Below the pieces are notes generated by a model. The model had not been told where the DNA came from and searched no databases. It saw only the letters and a program-made list of their open reading frames with translations. From NCBI GenBank assembly GCA_963575745.1, contig CAUYUJ010000322.1, forward strand, positions 62,001 to 115,375: a DNA stretch of 53,375 nt, given 5' to 3'. The translations under genes were made by a program, and so were the position numbers. Positions 23,226-37,140 of this stretch are shown here, piece by piece. Position 1 is the first letter of the stretch; the number at the start of each line of letters is the position of its first letter. The stretch is from Prorocentrum cordatum. Its lineage: Eukaryota.

Positions 23226-24154
23226 CAACTGTCGGCCGCGCATCTCTTGTCTCATCATCATTCGAGCTGTTGGCTCGTGCAGGAGCCGAGCGGCCAGATT
23301 TGTTCAATGCTAGTGCGCGTGCAGACCTTCGCACTCAGATAGGCCTGAGACACTCCTCACGTGATCGCTTAATCGCTAGATGTTGCTGCGTCGCTGTTGG
23401 CTCATGCAGGAGCCAATCTGTCGAGCGCTTTAACGCTGTGCCGTATACAGTTGAACGCCACAGTTTGCGATCATCGGAACACTGCTTGATGTGAGCTAAC
23501 ATAAATTTATGATCACTCGAGTGTTTTAACGCTTTTGCGTATACAGTTAAACGCAACAGCACGCGGCCATCGAAGCATTGATTATTTTGAGCCAGCAAAA
23601 TGACTGATTGAAGTATGTGAGCATCCCCGGACCAGTTAAGATATCCTTGAGAAAGCTCCTAAAGAGGCCCCGGGGAGGGGGCGGTCAGGGGGGGAAAATG
23701 GCGCCGGGGCCGAGGCGGGAACCACATTTAGACTAATATTCTAAATGTGGTTCCAGCCCCATCCTCCGCACGGGTCCTGGATGGCCAACTGCGGTCCAAG
23801 GCACATTCGCAGACGCCCCAATTAGCTTCTGATAATTGCAAAAATGCAAACAAAATGGCGCAAAACGGCCTTCAATGTTTCCAAAATGCATGCCCCAGTG
23901 GGAAAAACACAAATGAAAAAAACGTTCCCGCATGCTTTTCCAATCTTATGTGTAAAAACACGATATGCGGAAGGATTCGGACCAAGCGGAAGCCCGAAAA
24001 CAAGGCCAACGTTGCACCGGGAACCGAATTTTGGAAGAATCAAGCACATTCAGATGGAAGAAGCAGATATGATAAAAACATCTCCCGGGATTGTTTCCGA
24101 ATCCTATGTAAAAACAAGATGCGAAGGAGGGCCGAATAAGAGGAGCGGGAGCAT

Positions 24155-24605
24155 GAGGAGGAGGAGCAGGAGGAGGAGAAGGAGGAGGAGGAGAAGGAGG
24201 AAGAGGAGGAGGAGGAGGAGGAGAAGGAGGAGGAGGAGGAGGAGGAGGAGGAAGAGGATGAGGAGGAGGAGGAGGAGGAGGATGGAAGAGGGACCTTCGT
24301 AAACAGGTCTAGGGTGAGAAACGGCGCTGGATTGATTCCACTCGCCTCCCCAGAGAGCCGACGTTCCAAACAAATTGGAGCGGCAAGAGTTGGGTTCTTT
24401 ACTTTCGTCCTCCTCCTCGCCCTCCTCGTCGTCCTCCTCCTCCTCCTGCACCACTATGGGCCTCTTTGGGCCGTCGTGCCCAAACGGGTCCGTCGCTCCC
24501 TCGGCAGTGTGCGCTGGATTCTCCTTCCGTGGATTGCTTGCCTTGCCTCCTCCTCCTCCTCTTCCTCCTCCTCCTCCTCCTCCTCCTCCTCCTCCTCCTC
24601 CTCCT
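24155..24605. repeat. (GGA)n and (CCT)n microsatellites
   Basis: Visible directly. Similar tracts lie at 25630-25800, 27715-27915 and 31900-32150. Confidence 0.9.
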
Positions 24606-26167
24606 ACTGGAGGCCTTCACCAGGCCTCGGAAGCATAAAAACCGATTCAGGACGAAAAGCTGTTTTCAGAGAAATCCTCGAAATGTGCAGATCCAGGGTA
24701 AGAAGCGGCGTTGGATTGAACTCACCCGCATAACTCAGAGGAGGCAGGGTGACACGAGGGTTGCTTTTTCGGCCTTCGAGGACCCTCGTCGCGTCTGAAC
24801 GTGGCTCGGAAAACGGATGCGTTTGAACCCTGGGAGAGGTCCGGGAACCGATTTTGAACCGAGTTCGGGCATCATTGTCTCACCGCCGTTATCTCACGTT
24901 GCCTTCTCTGAGTAACTGGTGCACCTGATCGGAACCACAACCATCACCGCAGCGCCAGTTGGGTTGATTGAGCCCCGACCGAGTAGAATGTGGAGGAGAG
25001 CTTGTGGCATTTTGCCTCGGCCGACACTTTGCCAGGGTTGTGGGTCACCGGCGTCTTCGATTTAACTGGGATACTCTTGAAAGTCTCATCGGCGACAGTG
25101 TATTTTCACGTGCTACCTTGGGCTAATCTTGATGTATTGTTGTCGCTTTCTCCGATCGTTTTCGAGCTCCGAGTTTCGTCTTGGAACTCTCGTAAACAAA
25201 GTTTGAGCTTCCTTGGATGCCTCAGTGGGCGTTTGAGTACTTGTTCAGCGTGTTTGCCACATCCCTTGTCACACATGTTATTTTCCTAGTCGTAGTGATG
25301 CAGCTGATTATTTGTTATCTTCGATTCGTGTATCATCCGAGCAATTTGGGCTCATTAGTAATATTGTCCCACGTTGCTGTTGTACCGAGCGCAGCTTCAG
25401 AACAATGCCAGAACATAAGAAAGACTTTCTTCAATTGTTGCGGGATGGAACCCCCAGCGAACGAACAGACGCAGTTGGTGTAGCTACAAAGCGGCTACTA
25501 AATATGACGTTCAATGGCGTATTGAATGATGCGAACGGTGTGTATATCATATTCTTGACGCTTCGCGTAACCCCACCAGCCCATCCAACACCAGGCGCTC
25601 GAACGAAGAACGCCGATGATCGGCAGCTGTTCTCCTCCCCCTTTTCCTCCTACTCCACCGCCTTGTCGTCCTTTTCCTCTCCTCCTCCTCCTTCTCCCTC
25701 TCCTCCTTTTCCTCCTCCCTCTTCTCCTCCTCCTCTTCCTCCTCCTCCTTCCCTTCCCTTCCTCCTCCTCTTCCTCTTCTCCCGCTTCTTCCTCCTCCCT
25801 TGTGGCTTCTTGGAGGTATATTGGAACGTTTTGGCGGACTCTTGGGCCTTGCGGGCAGGCGGCCGGCGTTCCGCCCGCTCGCGCGCAGGCCAAGAGGAGA
25901 GTCCAAGACGTCTGTTGAAACCCTCTTGGAGGACATCGATCACAGAACGGGGGGCTTAAATTAGCAACGCCTTCCTTGGGGCCGCGATCCTCGTAAGGCC
26001 TGTCGAATTTTAGCTCTCCCAGGGGTCGATCTTGGACACTCTGACCGCTCGCGAACGCTCCTGTTCAGGTCAGTGGGAAGGAGTAGGGGGACGGATGCCC
26101 CTCCCCGAAAGGGAAGAAGGAGGGGCGGAAGAGGAAACGCCCTTTGCCAACGACGCCCAGAGGGCTG

Positions 26168-27433
26168 ATGGGATTTCAATTGCTACTTCGCCATCTCAAT
26201 TTTGATACATGGTCACCGCTCCGAGTGTTCGCCACGCTCATGGCAGTGTATGTCGTCAAAAGGTGCACTGGGCGAAAGATTATCGATCGCTTTGCATACA
26301 AGCCAGGAGTGGCGACATTTTCGTTCACACTGCCGCTGTATTTCCGCATTGTTACTGCTGTCAACCCCTACAACAACGATGACCGAAACAGTATATCCAA
26401 GGTGATGGATTTGTTGCGCTTGCATCCAGTGTGGAAGGATGGGGATTCCAATGACATTCTGCTAGCTGACCCTTTTTTCCAAAAGTTGCGCAATTGGTAT
26501 ATCCCACACGCTACAAGGGCAATGACCACAGAATCAGCAACTTATATTTTCGATCAGAAGTATGCGCGCGCGTTGCTTCTTACACTTTTAGTGGTTTTGT
26601 CGGTCAGGGCAGATCGTTTTCTGACATACTTGGTTGCGAATCCTGCATTCCTTTTGTTCGACGAAGAATGCTTGCCGCTGCTCTACAGGGGCGTTGTATT
26701 AGGAAAATCGTTGTACCTTGGGTTGCGAGATAATTCAGTCGCCGCGAGATGTTGCGCCACCACAGAGCAGAAACTTTGGAGAATCGGAGATCTAGTTGAT
26801 TCGATCCTTGTTCCATGCTGGGAATGTCCTGAAAAGACCCTCGACCCGATTCTGAATGCAACTTCGGTGGCTGATCTCGCAAAGGCTCTCATGGGCATCA
26901 ACAAGACAAAAGGTAAGCTTGTGTTCAGTCATTCGATGGAATACTTGTTCTTACTGCACGAGCAAGCATGCAAGGCGAAACGGGCGTCAGTTTTTAAATT
27001 CGCCCTCGATATGCAAGCACTCGACGACCACATTCTCTTGGGAACGAATGGAGAAATATTCGAAGAATGGATCAACGCGTACCCCGCCGGGAACCGAGCT
27101 GCCACTAGCGCGCGAAAGCGTTCCACGGTCCACGACCTGGCTGCTGCGGTGAATGAGATGCTTCCGCTGTCCATCCACTACACTGACGGATCTGTCGCCT
27201 ACACTCAGCATTTCGGCGCGACGTCTGCCCAGCAGACATCGTGCAAGATGGTGCAAGTTGCCCAGACGTATATCACGGGCAATACGGGCGGCAAGGACAG
27301 GGATCCAAACGGCAACGCAGCAGGTAAGAAACGGAAGCGAGGAGAAGTTGTGTCTTTGAAGCACGACGAGCCCGCCAGCAATTTGCGCCGCGTGCGCAAG
27401 AAAGCGCCCAGGCTGTCCTTCGTGCGGGCCTGA
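26168..27433 (+). CDS. ~420-aa uncharacterised protein, possibly a helix-hairpin-helix-fold DNA-acting protein, with a basic NLS-like C-terminus
   Basis: Long uninterrupted, non-repetitive ORF with globular composition, ending KKRKR...RRVRKK. The family assignment is tentative (see findings). Confidence 0.65.
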   Translation: MGFQLLLRHLNFDTWSPLRVFATLMAVYVVKRCTGRKIIDRFAYKPGVATFSFTLPLYFRIVTAVNPYNNDDRNSISKVMDLLRLHPVWKDGDSNDILLADPFFQKLRNWYIPHATRAMTTESATYIFDQKYARALLLTLLVVLSVRADRFLTYLVANPAFLLFDEECLPLLYRGVVLGKSLYLGLRDNSVAARCCATTEQKLWRIGDLVDSILVPCWECPEKTLDPILNATSVADLAKALMGINKTKGKLVFSHSMEYLFLLHEQACKAKRASVFKFALDMQALDDHILLGTNGEIFEEWINAYPAGNRAATSARKRSTVHDLAAAVNEMLPLSIHYTDGSVAYTQHFGATSAQQTSCKMVQVAQTYITGNTGGKDRDPNGNAAGKKRKRGEVVSLKHDEPASNLRRVRKKAPRLSFVRA

Positions 27434-28030
27434 GTTTGTCTTCCTTCGTCCGCGCACGTGCGTCGAGGCATTGCCTGCCCTGCTGTCGTTATCCCGTTTC
27501 CCAGTTAGAAGTGCTTGAGAGCGCCTGCAGAGAGAATCCGCCACCGAGAAAAAATTATAGCCCATCCGTTGCCATTGCAGCAGGCCGCATCTACCACCGT
27601 CGTTGATCGTGCATTTCTCGGGGAGCGCACGACAACCGCGCGTATTGCCCGATAGGGTGCCGCCGCGCATATATATATATGAATATCCTGTACTATATTC
27701 TTAGGCTGTTTCTCCCCCTCCTCCTTCTCCTCCTTCTTCCTTCTCCTCTTCTTCTCCTCCTTCTACCCCTTCTCGTTGTCCTCCCCCGCATCCTCTCCTC
27801 CTACCCCTCCTCTCATCCTTCCCATTCCTTCTTCCCCTCCTCCTCCTGCCCCACTCCTCCTGCCCCTCCTCCTCATGCCCCTCCTCTCCTTCTCCTCCTC
27901 GCTCCTTCTTCCCCTCCGCGTCCACCTCATGTAACCGCGCCCTCGCGCGCGCGGGGTGCGATATTGCCGCGCCCGCATCCCTTTCATGTATATCGCACGG
28001 GGGCTCTACGAGTTCCCGACGGTAACCAAG

Positions 28031-28721
28031 ATTCCTGGTCACGCCCCCCCCCAAGGTGCCCAATGCTGTTTCCCTGGAGGACACGCGCAAGATGTGTCTA
28101 CTGCCCTTGGTCTCAAACTGGTATAGTATGTGTCTTGCGAGCCTGGCTGAAACCCAGCTGGCGGAGAGTGCTACTTCGCTGTGTGTGTCTCTGGGTTTTC
28201 CAGGGGGCGGAGGCCGCGAGAAATTACGGCGGTTGCGAAGAGGTTGTGTCAACATGCGGCGTGGTGGGGTAAGGGGGGGGGGGGGGGGGGGTGGGGTCTC
28301 TCTTCTTGGGGTCGGCGGACGTACTGCAATGCTTCGACTACGTATCGGTACCACTTGCGATGAAGAGTATGCTGGCTTTGGGTTTCCCACGTTCCTTGGT
28401 ATGTGCCATGCTCGCGCCTCTGGGGGGGAACAAGTGTAAGATGGCGTTCAAAGGAGTGTGCTGGGAGGACTGGGTCTCTTGGGATAAGGCCATGCGCGCG
28501 GAGGAGTGGAGAGCCCTTTGCTATTCAAGGTTGTGTCGATCTACATGTGGAGGGGTGGTGAGGAGGTGGGGGTTGCGGGGTGGGTGGGGGGTTGTGTGTG
28601 TGTGTGTTGTGGTTGTGTGTGTGGTGTGTGTGTGTGTGTGTGGGTATGGGGTGGTGGGTGGGGTGGGGTGGGTGGGGGGGTGGGGTGGGGTGGGGTGGGG
28701 TGGGGTGGGGTGGGGTGGGGT

Positions 28722-28755
<34 letters not shown>

Positions 28756-30770
28756 TGGTGGTGGTGGTGGTGGTGGTGGTGGTGGTGGTGGTGGTGGTGT
28801 GTGTGTGTGTGTGGGGGAAGCAGAATGTGGGTTATGTGCTTGAAACACCACTCCGAAACGCGCGGACACGCATCACGCATGCGTTGTGGGCGGACAACAT
28901 GTGCATTTATGCACGTTGGAGGGAAGAGCTCCAACAAATGATGCGGGACCTCGCGGAGCCGTTGGCTTGGGCTTGTTTGCGGTGGAAGCCCTCGTCGCTT
29001 GGGTTCTTGGCCAGTGGCATTCCATGGGCACCCGACGACCATATTGTTGTGCATGTGCCTGCGTATGGTGGTCCCTTCTCTCTCCAGCGTGTGAGTGCGA
29101 TGAGTGCCTTGGGGTTCCAGGTGAGCGACGCGTGGAATGCGCGCTCGGACCTTCAGTACAGCTTGATGAGAACGGACAAGGCATGGTTCAGGGATCTGCG
29201 ACACGATCAGTGTAGACAGGTACCACTACGAGAGCGTTTCCAGCGGTACTGCACCCGTGTCCAGAGTGTTGCGTTGTATGCGTGTGAGGGGATGACACTG
29301 GATAGGACGACTATACATCAATTGCACGTGTGGGAGGGTAATCACTTAGCTATTCTTGGTGGAAAACGTAAGGGTACAGGTGAGGATTGGGCGAGTTTTG
29401 TCAAGAGATGACTGATGTTTGGTCGGTCGTCCTTTCATTGTCTAGGATTTCAATCGATTGTGGAGCGTTTCTCTCCGAAACAATGGAGCTGCGCAAAGGA
29501 GATTGCTGCGTCTGCACGACCGCGCAGCACGGGCCCTGCTCTGCCACAATACGTCGACGCGGACTCGCACGCCCCGACCCGACGAGCACGGGCGCGACTT
29601 GTGAGGGAGTGGGCGAGTAACGGGAGAGCTCGCACTGAGGTTTCGATATCATCTTCGTCGAATCTACCTTCAGTTTTAGATCACGACACGCCCATGGAGA
29701 CGGAGACCGCTTCACATCTGGGTGTCCTGGAGATCACGCGTGCGGCGATGCTACACAGTCTGGGACGCGGGACGGAGCGCCGTGACGCTTTTGTGGCGAC
29801 GATGAGGTCGTCTCAGGAACGTGCGCCGTGGACTCGAGTGAGGAGCGGTGCACCACCGCGCGGTCGCAATGCGTGGGGCTGTTCATTTGTGTCGGTGGGT
29901 GGCGTGGAGTGGTGACTCAACCTAGATTGGTGAGAACAAGGGTTTCAGGTGTTCATACGTCAAGTTTGCGACGAGCACGTCTATGCATGGTTTCAGGTCA
30001 CGGAGTGTCGCGGGGCAGGAGGTGCTGCGTCTGTTGAACGCGGCCATAGTGACCCTGCAGAGGCGGAGGTGACAAGGATTGCACCACGACTGGCGGCGAA
30101 CTTCGAACATGAAACGACCTTTACACGACGGGAAGGGATTGTTCTGGAATTGAAAGGGGGTTCTGTGCTGATCACGAACTGGATGAGAGGAGTGTGGTAT
30201 ACGAACAATGGGAAATATCAGCAGCAGGTGGGACAAACATTTGATATGCTGGATGAGGCTTGTAGGAATCTGGATATTGTGACGCCTTCTTGAGGATGTG
30301 ATTTGTGGATGTACTATTGTAGAGAAAGCAATGCGCGTTCAGATACTCTCACATGGGAGCTAAGAGATCAACTTGGCATGGGTAGGAAATATATTAACCA
30401 CAACTTTATGGATTACCGAACGGAGACGCTGAGCGCGATCCGTGGTTCGTACGACGGTGGCGTCTCGGAAGCAGGGGCTGGGGGGGGCTGGTGGCTGGAG
30501 GGGGAGTTTACTTACAGGAGTGGACACAGTGTCGAAGGGCAGGGTGAAAAGGCATGGGCTTCATGGATTAGGCTTCTCGGCGAGGAGGCCTTTGGGCTAC
30601 CAGGTGAGTCCGCCGTGACGGTCTGTGAGTTTGAGGCTGCTGTACGGCTTTCGCGTTCCGCTTGCGAGATGCTGAAACAGCATCGGCACTTTTCAGGGCT
30701 CAATGTATAGCCTCCCGAGCGCCCCGCGCGTGGCCACCTGCTCGGACCGAAAGCGACCGGAAACAAACAA
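28031..30770 (+). mobile_element. 5'-truncated, decayed non-LTR retrotransposon: RT, post-RT region, permuted RNase H, AAAC tail
   Basis: PKVPNAVSLEDTRKMCLLPLVSNWY, ADVLQCFDYVS, VESPLLFKVV, LWADNMCIY (28887), LELKGGSVLI (30144), YCRESNARSD, IRGSYDGG (30450), VCEFEAA, stop 30710, tail GAAACAAACAA. The left half-site is at 28003-28030 and the right half-site at 30768-30790. Confidence 0.88.
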
Positions 30771-31865
30771 GGGTGACGGTTTACCGCTGGCTCTCAATCT
30801 CAGGGCTCTGGCTGAAGCAGAGCGCTCAAAGATGACTCGTAGAGCGCCTAAGAGCGAAGCGGCGAAGCGAGAGAGTAATTCCGGCGCGCTTGGGGGCTAG
30901 TTGGCCCGAAAATTTTCGACGGAAGTTTTGCAAACTTTTGGTCGGTTACAAACCATTTTCTCGAAATCTGAAAATTCGTGGGAGTTCTAGTATTTCTTTC
31001 CCCACTATTCGATCTTATTCCCGCTCGTCATCTTAATATCAGGTCGATCGGGTACATATTAGTGCCACAGAGCACTCGGGCGGGGTCGGCTGTTCAGTGT
31101 CATCTTGACAGATGCTGGTGGTTTTCTTGACTGAACTCGAGTTGCAGATGAGATGCAGAGCGGTTCGGTGCAGCAATCGAAAGAGAGTTATCAGAAGCGC
31201 TAGTCTCAAGTATCTAGATGTCGGAACTCGCTCTGCTACCAGAACTGGGTCCGAAAAATTAGTTGTACCCTGCTAAACTTGTAAGAGTCGATGATGACTT
31301 TATTGACTGAACTCGAGCTGCAGATGAGCTGCAGAGCTGTTCGGCACAGCAATCGAAATATATTCATGAGAAGCGCTAGTCTCAAGTATTTAGATGCCCG
31401 AACTTGCTCTACTACCAGAGCTGGGTCCGAACCACTTTTCGTACTCTGCTAGTTTTTTATGAATGAGTTGATGATGACTTTCTTGACTTAGCTCGAGCTG
31501 CAGACGAGCTAGAGAGCTGTTCGGCACAGCAATGGACACATATTCAGCAGAAGTGCTAGTCTCAAGTATCTAGATGCCCGAACTCGCTCTGCTACCAGAG
31601 CTGGGTCCGAAAATCTATTCGTACTCTGCTAATTTTCTAAGAGATTATGATGACGTTCTTGAGGTAACTCGAGCTGCAGATGAGCTACAGAGCCGTTCGG
31701 TGCAGCAATCGGACGAACATCATCAGGAACGCTATTTCTGAGTATCTAGATGTCTTAGATCGGTCTGCTACGGAGTTGAAACCAAACAGCTATTCGTATT
31801 CTGCTATTTTTTGTATTTCTTGGAGAAATGATGATAGTTTTCTCTTTTTCATTCGAGCTGTAGGC
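30771..31865. repeat. Second block of the satellite complex (diverged ~177-185-bp units)
   Basis: 30840-31145 matches 14305-14610. ACTCGAGCTGCAGATGAGCT-like motifs lie near 31135, 31312, 31492, 31668 and 31853. Confidence 0.9.
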
Positions 31866-32714
31866 TGGCTGAGAAGCTGAGAAGCACTTCTCGAAACATC
31901 TCCTCATCCTCCCCCACTTTCCCTTCTCATCCGCCTCTCCTTCTCCTTCTTCTTCTTCCTCCTCTTCCTCCTTCCTCCTCCTCCTACTGCTCTTCCTCCT
32001 CCTCCTCTTCCCCCCTCCTCTTTTTCCTTCATCTGCTCCTTCTCCTGTTTTCCCTCCTTCCCCTTGTCTTTCTCCTCCTCCAAATCTTCCTTCTTCATCA
32101 TCATCATCCTCATCGTCCCTCGTCTCCCTCTCCACGCTTCCCCCTCCTGAGACTTCCTCGAAATGTAGCCAGGGCCCCCGCTCCCGCCCGAGACTTCCTC
32201 GCATTTTATTCAGGAACCGCGCTCTCGCTTGGGACGTCTTTACAATTTATTCAGGAATCGCTCTCCCGGCGCTCTGGAGTCGCGCTCTCGCAAGAGAGTT
32301 GCTTGTAACTTACTGAAGAATAGCCTTGCGTTGGAATTTCCTGCAATTTGCCCGAGCGCCGCGCTCCCGACGCCCAGGCACCCAGGAGTCGCGCCCGTTG
32401 TGGCCCCATGTGCATGCCCTTCGTGGCCCCGCCGTCGCCATTTGCGTCCCCCTCACTGTCCTACGTGGCCCAGTTGCTACCCTCAGTGGCCCCATAATTG
32501 CCTTCTGTGGCCCCGCATTATCTGCACTTCGTGGCCCCCGCTCGTTCGCGCTCTTCGTGGCCCCATGCGCATTCCCTTCGTGTCCCCGCTGTCGCCCCTT
32601 TGGTGGCCTACGTCGTGCCCTTCGTGGCCCTGCTGGTCGTTCTCTCTCTCTCGCTCTCTCGCTTTCGCTCGTCGTCGTCGTCGCCGTCGCCGTCGTCGTC
32701 GTCCTCGTCTTCGA

Positions 32715-32759
<45 letters not shown>

Positions 32760-33029
32760 AGTCCCCTGTCCGTCCCTCTTGGGGTCGGGTCGACGTTCCG
32801 CGGCCGCCCCGCCGATCAGCGCTGCCGCTGGCCAGGCCGACGGTCCGCGGCCGCCCCGCCGCTTGCCGGGGCCCGGCCTGCAGGGAAGAAAGGTCTACTC
32901 CCCAAAAGGGGCGTTCGATCGAAGACGAAGAGGGCGGGTGTCCAGGGTTTGGGAAATACGCGTTATTGGACACTCGATCATCCAAGAGCGAACAGTCTTG
33001 AAAGTATTATTGCTGTTGTTGTTGTTGAA

Positions 33030-35125
<2,096 letters not shown>

Positions 35126-35299
35126 TATATATATATAGATATATGTTCTCCTCCTTCTATTTTTACAAGCCCAGGGTGGGGGAACCCTCGCCCCCCCAAA
35201 AAAAGTGGACCCCCGGGATCTGGGTTTTTCGGGCTCCCTTGGACGTCCTTGGAAAAAGGTCACCCGGCTTTCCGGGTCTCCACAAACGCCGCGCCAGCA

Positions 35300-36620
35300 G
35301 ACCCAGAGCGATCCGAGGGGTCATCAGAAGGACTCAAGCGAGGCCCCAGGCAGCACAAGAGCGCTCCAAGAGGGACTCCAATTGCGTCAGGACGGCCCGA
35401 AAGACCCCCAAGGCACCCCAGAAAGCTTTCCAAGGGGCCCCCCAAGAAAGCTTCAAGGCGGCCGAGCCGGGCCCCACGATCGCCCATGAGAGCCCCAAGA
35501 CAGCCCATAATGGAACCAAGAGGCCCCCCAAAGGCTCCCAGCACAGACCCAGAAGGGCCATGGGAGGTCCCCGGAAGTGCCCAAGCCCAAGATGGGTCTA
35601 AAGGGGGCTCCAGCGGGCCCAAGCTCCCCAAGACGGCCCGAGAAGGCCCCAGGACGGCACATGAAGGCGCCAAAACGGCCCACGAGGGCCCCGAAAACAC
35701 CCCCACGATGTTCCGAATGCCAACATAAAGACCCCCAAGGCACCCCAAAGAGCTTTCCAAAGGGCTTTCAAAGCACAACAATCGCCCAATTCCTTACGTA
35801 AAACTTACAATTTTAGCATCTTCGTTTCATCAGCTTTCAAGACGGCTTCAAGGCCCCCGAGATCGCCTCGAGACGCCCCAAAAGGCCCCCAAGAAAGCTT
35901 CAAGACGGCCGAGCCGGTCCGCGCGAGCGCCCACGAGAGCCCCAAGACAGCCCATGATGGAACCAAGAGGCCCCCCAAGGGCTCCCAGCACAGACCCAAA
36001 AGGGCCATGGGAGGTCCCTGGAAGTGCCCAAGGTAGGTCCAAAGGGGGCTCCAGCGGGCCCAAGCTCCCCAAGACGGCCCAAGAAGGCCCCAGGACGGCC
36101 CATGAAGGCGCCAGAACGGCCCACGAGGGCCCCGAAAACACCCCCACGATGTTTCCGAATGCCAACATAAAGACCCCCAAGGCACCCCAAAAAGTTTCCC
36201 AAGGGGCCTTCAAAGCACAAAAATCGTCCCATTTCCGCCGTAAAACTTTCAATTTTAGCATATTCGCATTTCGGATTTCATCAGCTTTCAAGACGGTTTC
36301 GAAGTCACCGAAATCGCTTCAAGACGCTCCAAAAGGCCCCCATAGAAAGCTTCAAGGCGGCCGAGCCGGGGCCCGCGATCGCCCGCGAGAGCCCCAAGAC
36401 AGCCCATGATGGAACCAAGAGGCCCCCCAAGGGCTCCCAGCACAGACCCAAAAGGGCCATGGGAGGTCCCCGGAAGTGCCCAAGATAGGTCCAAAGGGGG
36501 CTTCAGCGGGCCCAAGCTCCCCAAGACGGCCCACGAAGGCCCCAGGACGGCCCATGAAGGCGCCAGAACGGCCCACGAGGGCCCCGAAAACACACCCACG
36601 ATGTTACGAATGCCAACATT
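35300..36620. repeat. ~450-bp tandem repeat, 3 copies, built of CCCAAGACGGCCC-like motifs
   Basis: CCCAAGACAGCCCAT occurs at ~35494, 35941 and ~36392. Related sequence lies on the opposite strand at 48480-49010 and 51530-51790. Confidence 0.9.
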
Positions 36621-36859
36621 CGTTGATTTTGCTCCCATGCCATTTCACAGTGTGACCCAGTCTTTGAGGGTCTCGTGGCATGCAGCAAAGATGCCCGAGG
36701 ATGCACCGTACGAGTTGCATATGCATGTTAATACCCTTACACACATACATGTATATGTACATATGTACGCTGTATACACACATTCAACAATGTAAGTATA
36801 TTGTATACACCTAGACATGTATTCGGAACGTGCATGCACGTGCGCGTGTATACATGCAT

Positions 36860-37140
36860 GGGAAGAAGACCGGTTCAACAGACGACCGGTTCAACAGGGA
36901 CTGGTTCAACAGACGACTGGTTCAAGAGGGACCGGTTCAACAGACGACCGGTTCAACAAGGACCGGTTCAACAATCACCAGTTCAACAGGACCGGTTCCG
37001 CAGAACCGGTTCCACAGAACCGGTTCCACAGGACCGGTTCCACAGGACCGGTACCACAGAACCGGTTCCACAAGCCCGGTTCCACAGGACTGGTTCCACA
37101 GGACGGGTTCCACAGGACGGGTTCCACAGAGGCGGTTCCT
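36860..37140. repeat. 13-15-bp minisatellite (GACCGGTTCAACA / GACCGGTTCCACAG), candidate left end of a MULE
   Basis: Visible tandem units. They resemble the reverse complement of 44415-44709. Confidence 0.8.

Larger units (their letters stand above)
17341..27669. mobile_element. Putative ~10.3-kb TIR-bounded composite DNA element embedded in (TA)n
   Basis: 17345-17368 CGGCGGCACCCTATCGGGCGATAC and 27642-27665 (reverse complement CGGCGGCACCCTATCGGGCAATAC) match at 23/24. Both lie 4 bp from TA tracts. Three co-oriented intronless coding regions lie between them. Confidence 0.7.

Noticed and set aside
23640..25960. Additional gene or nested element between the transposase and the 26168 ORF
   Set aside because: The frames I tried gave no sustained ORF or motif, and I found no terminal repeats.
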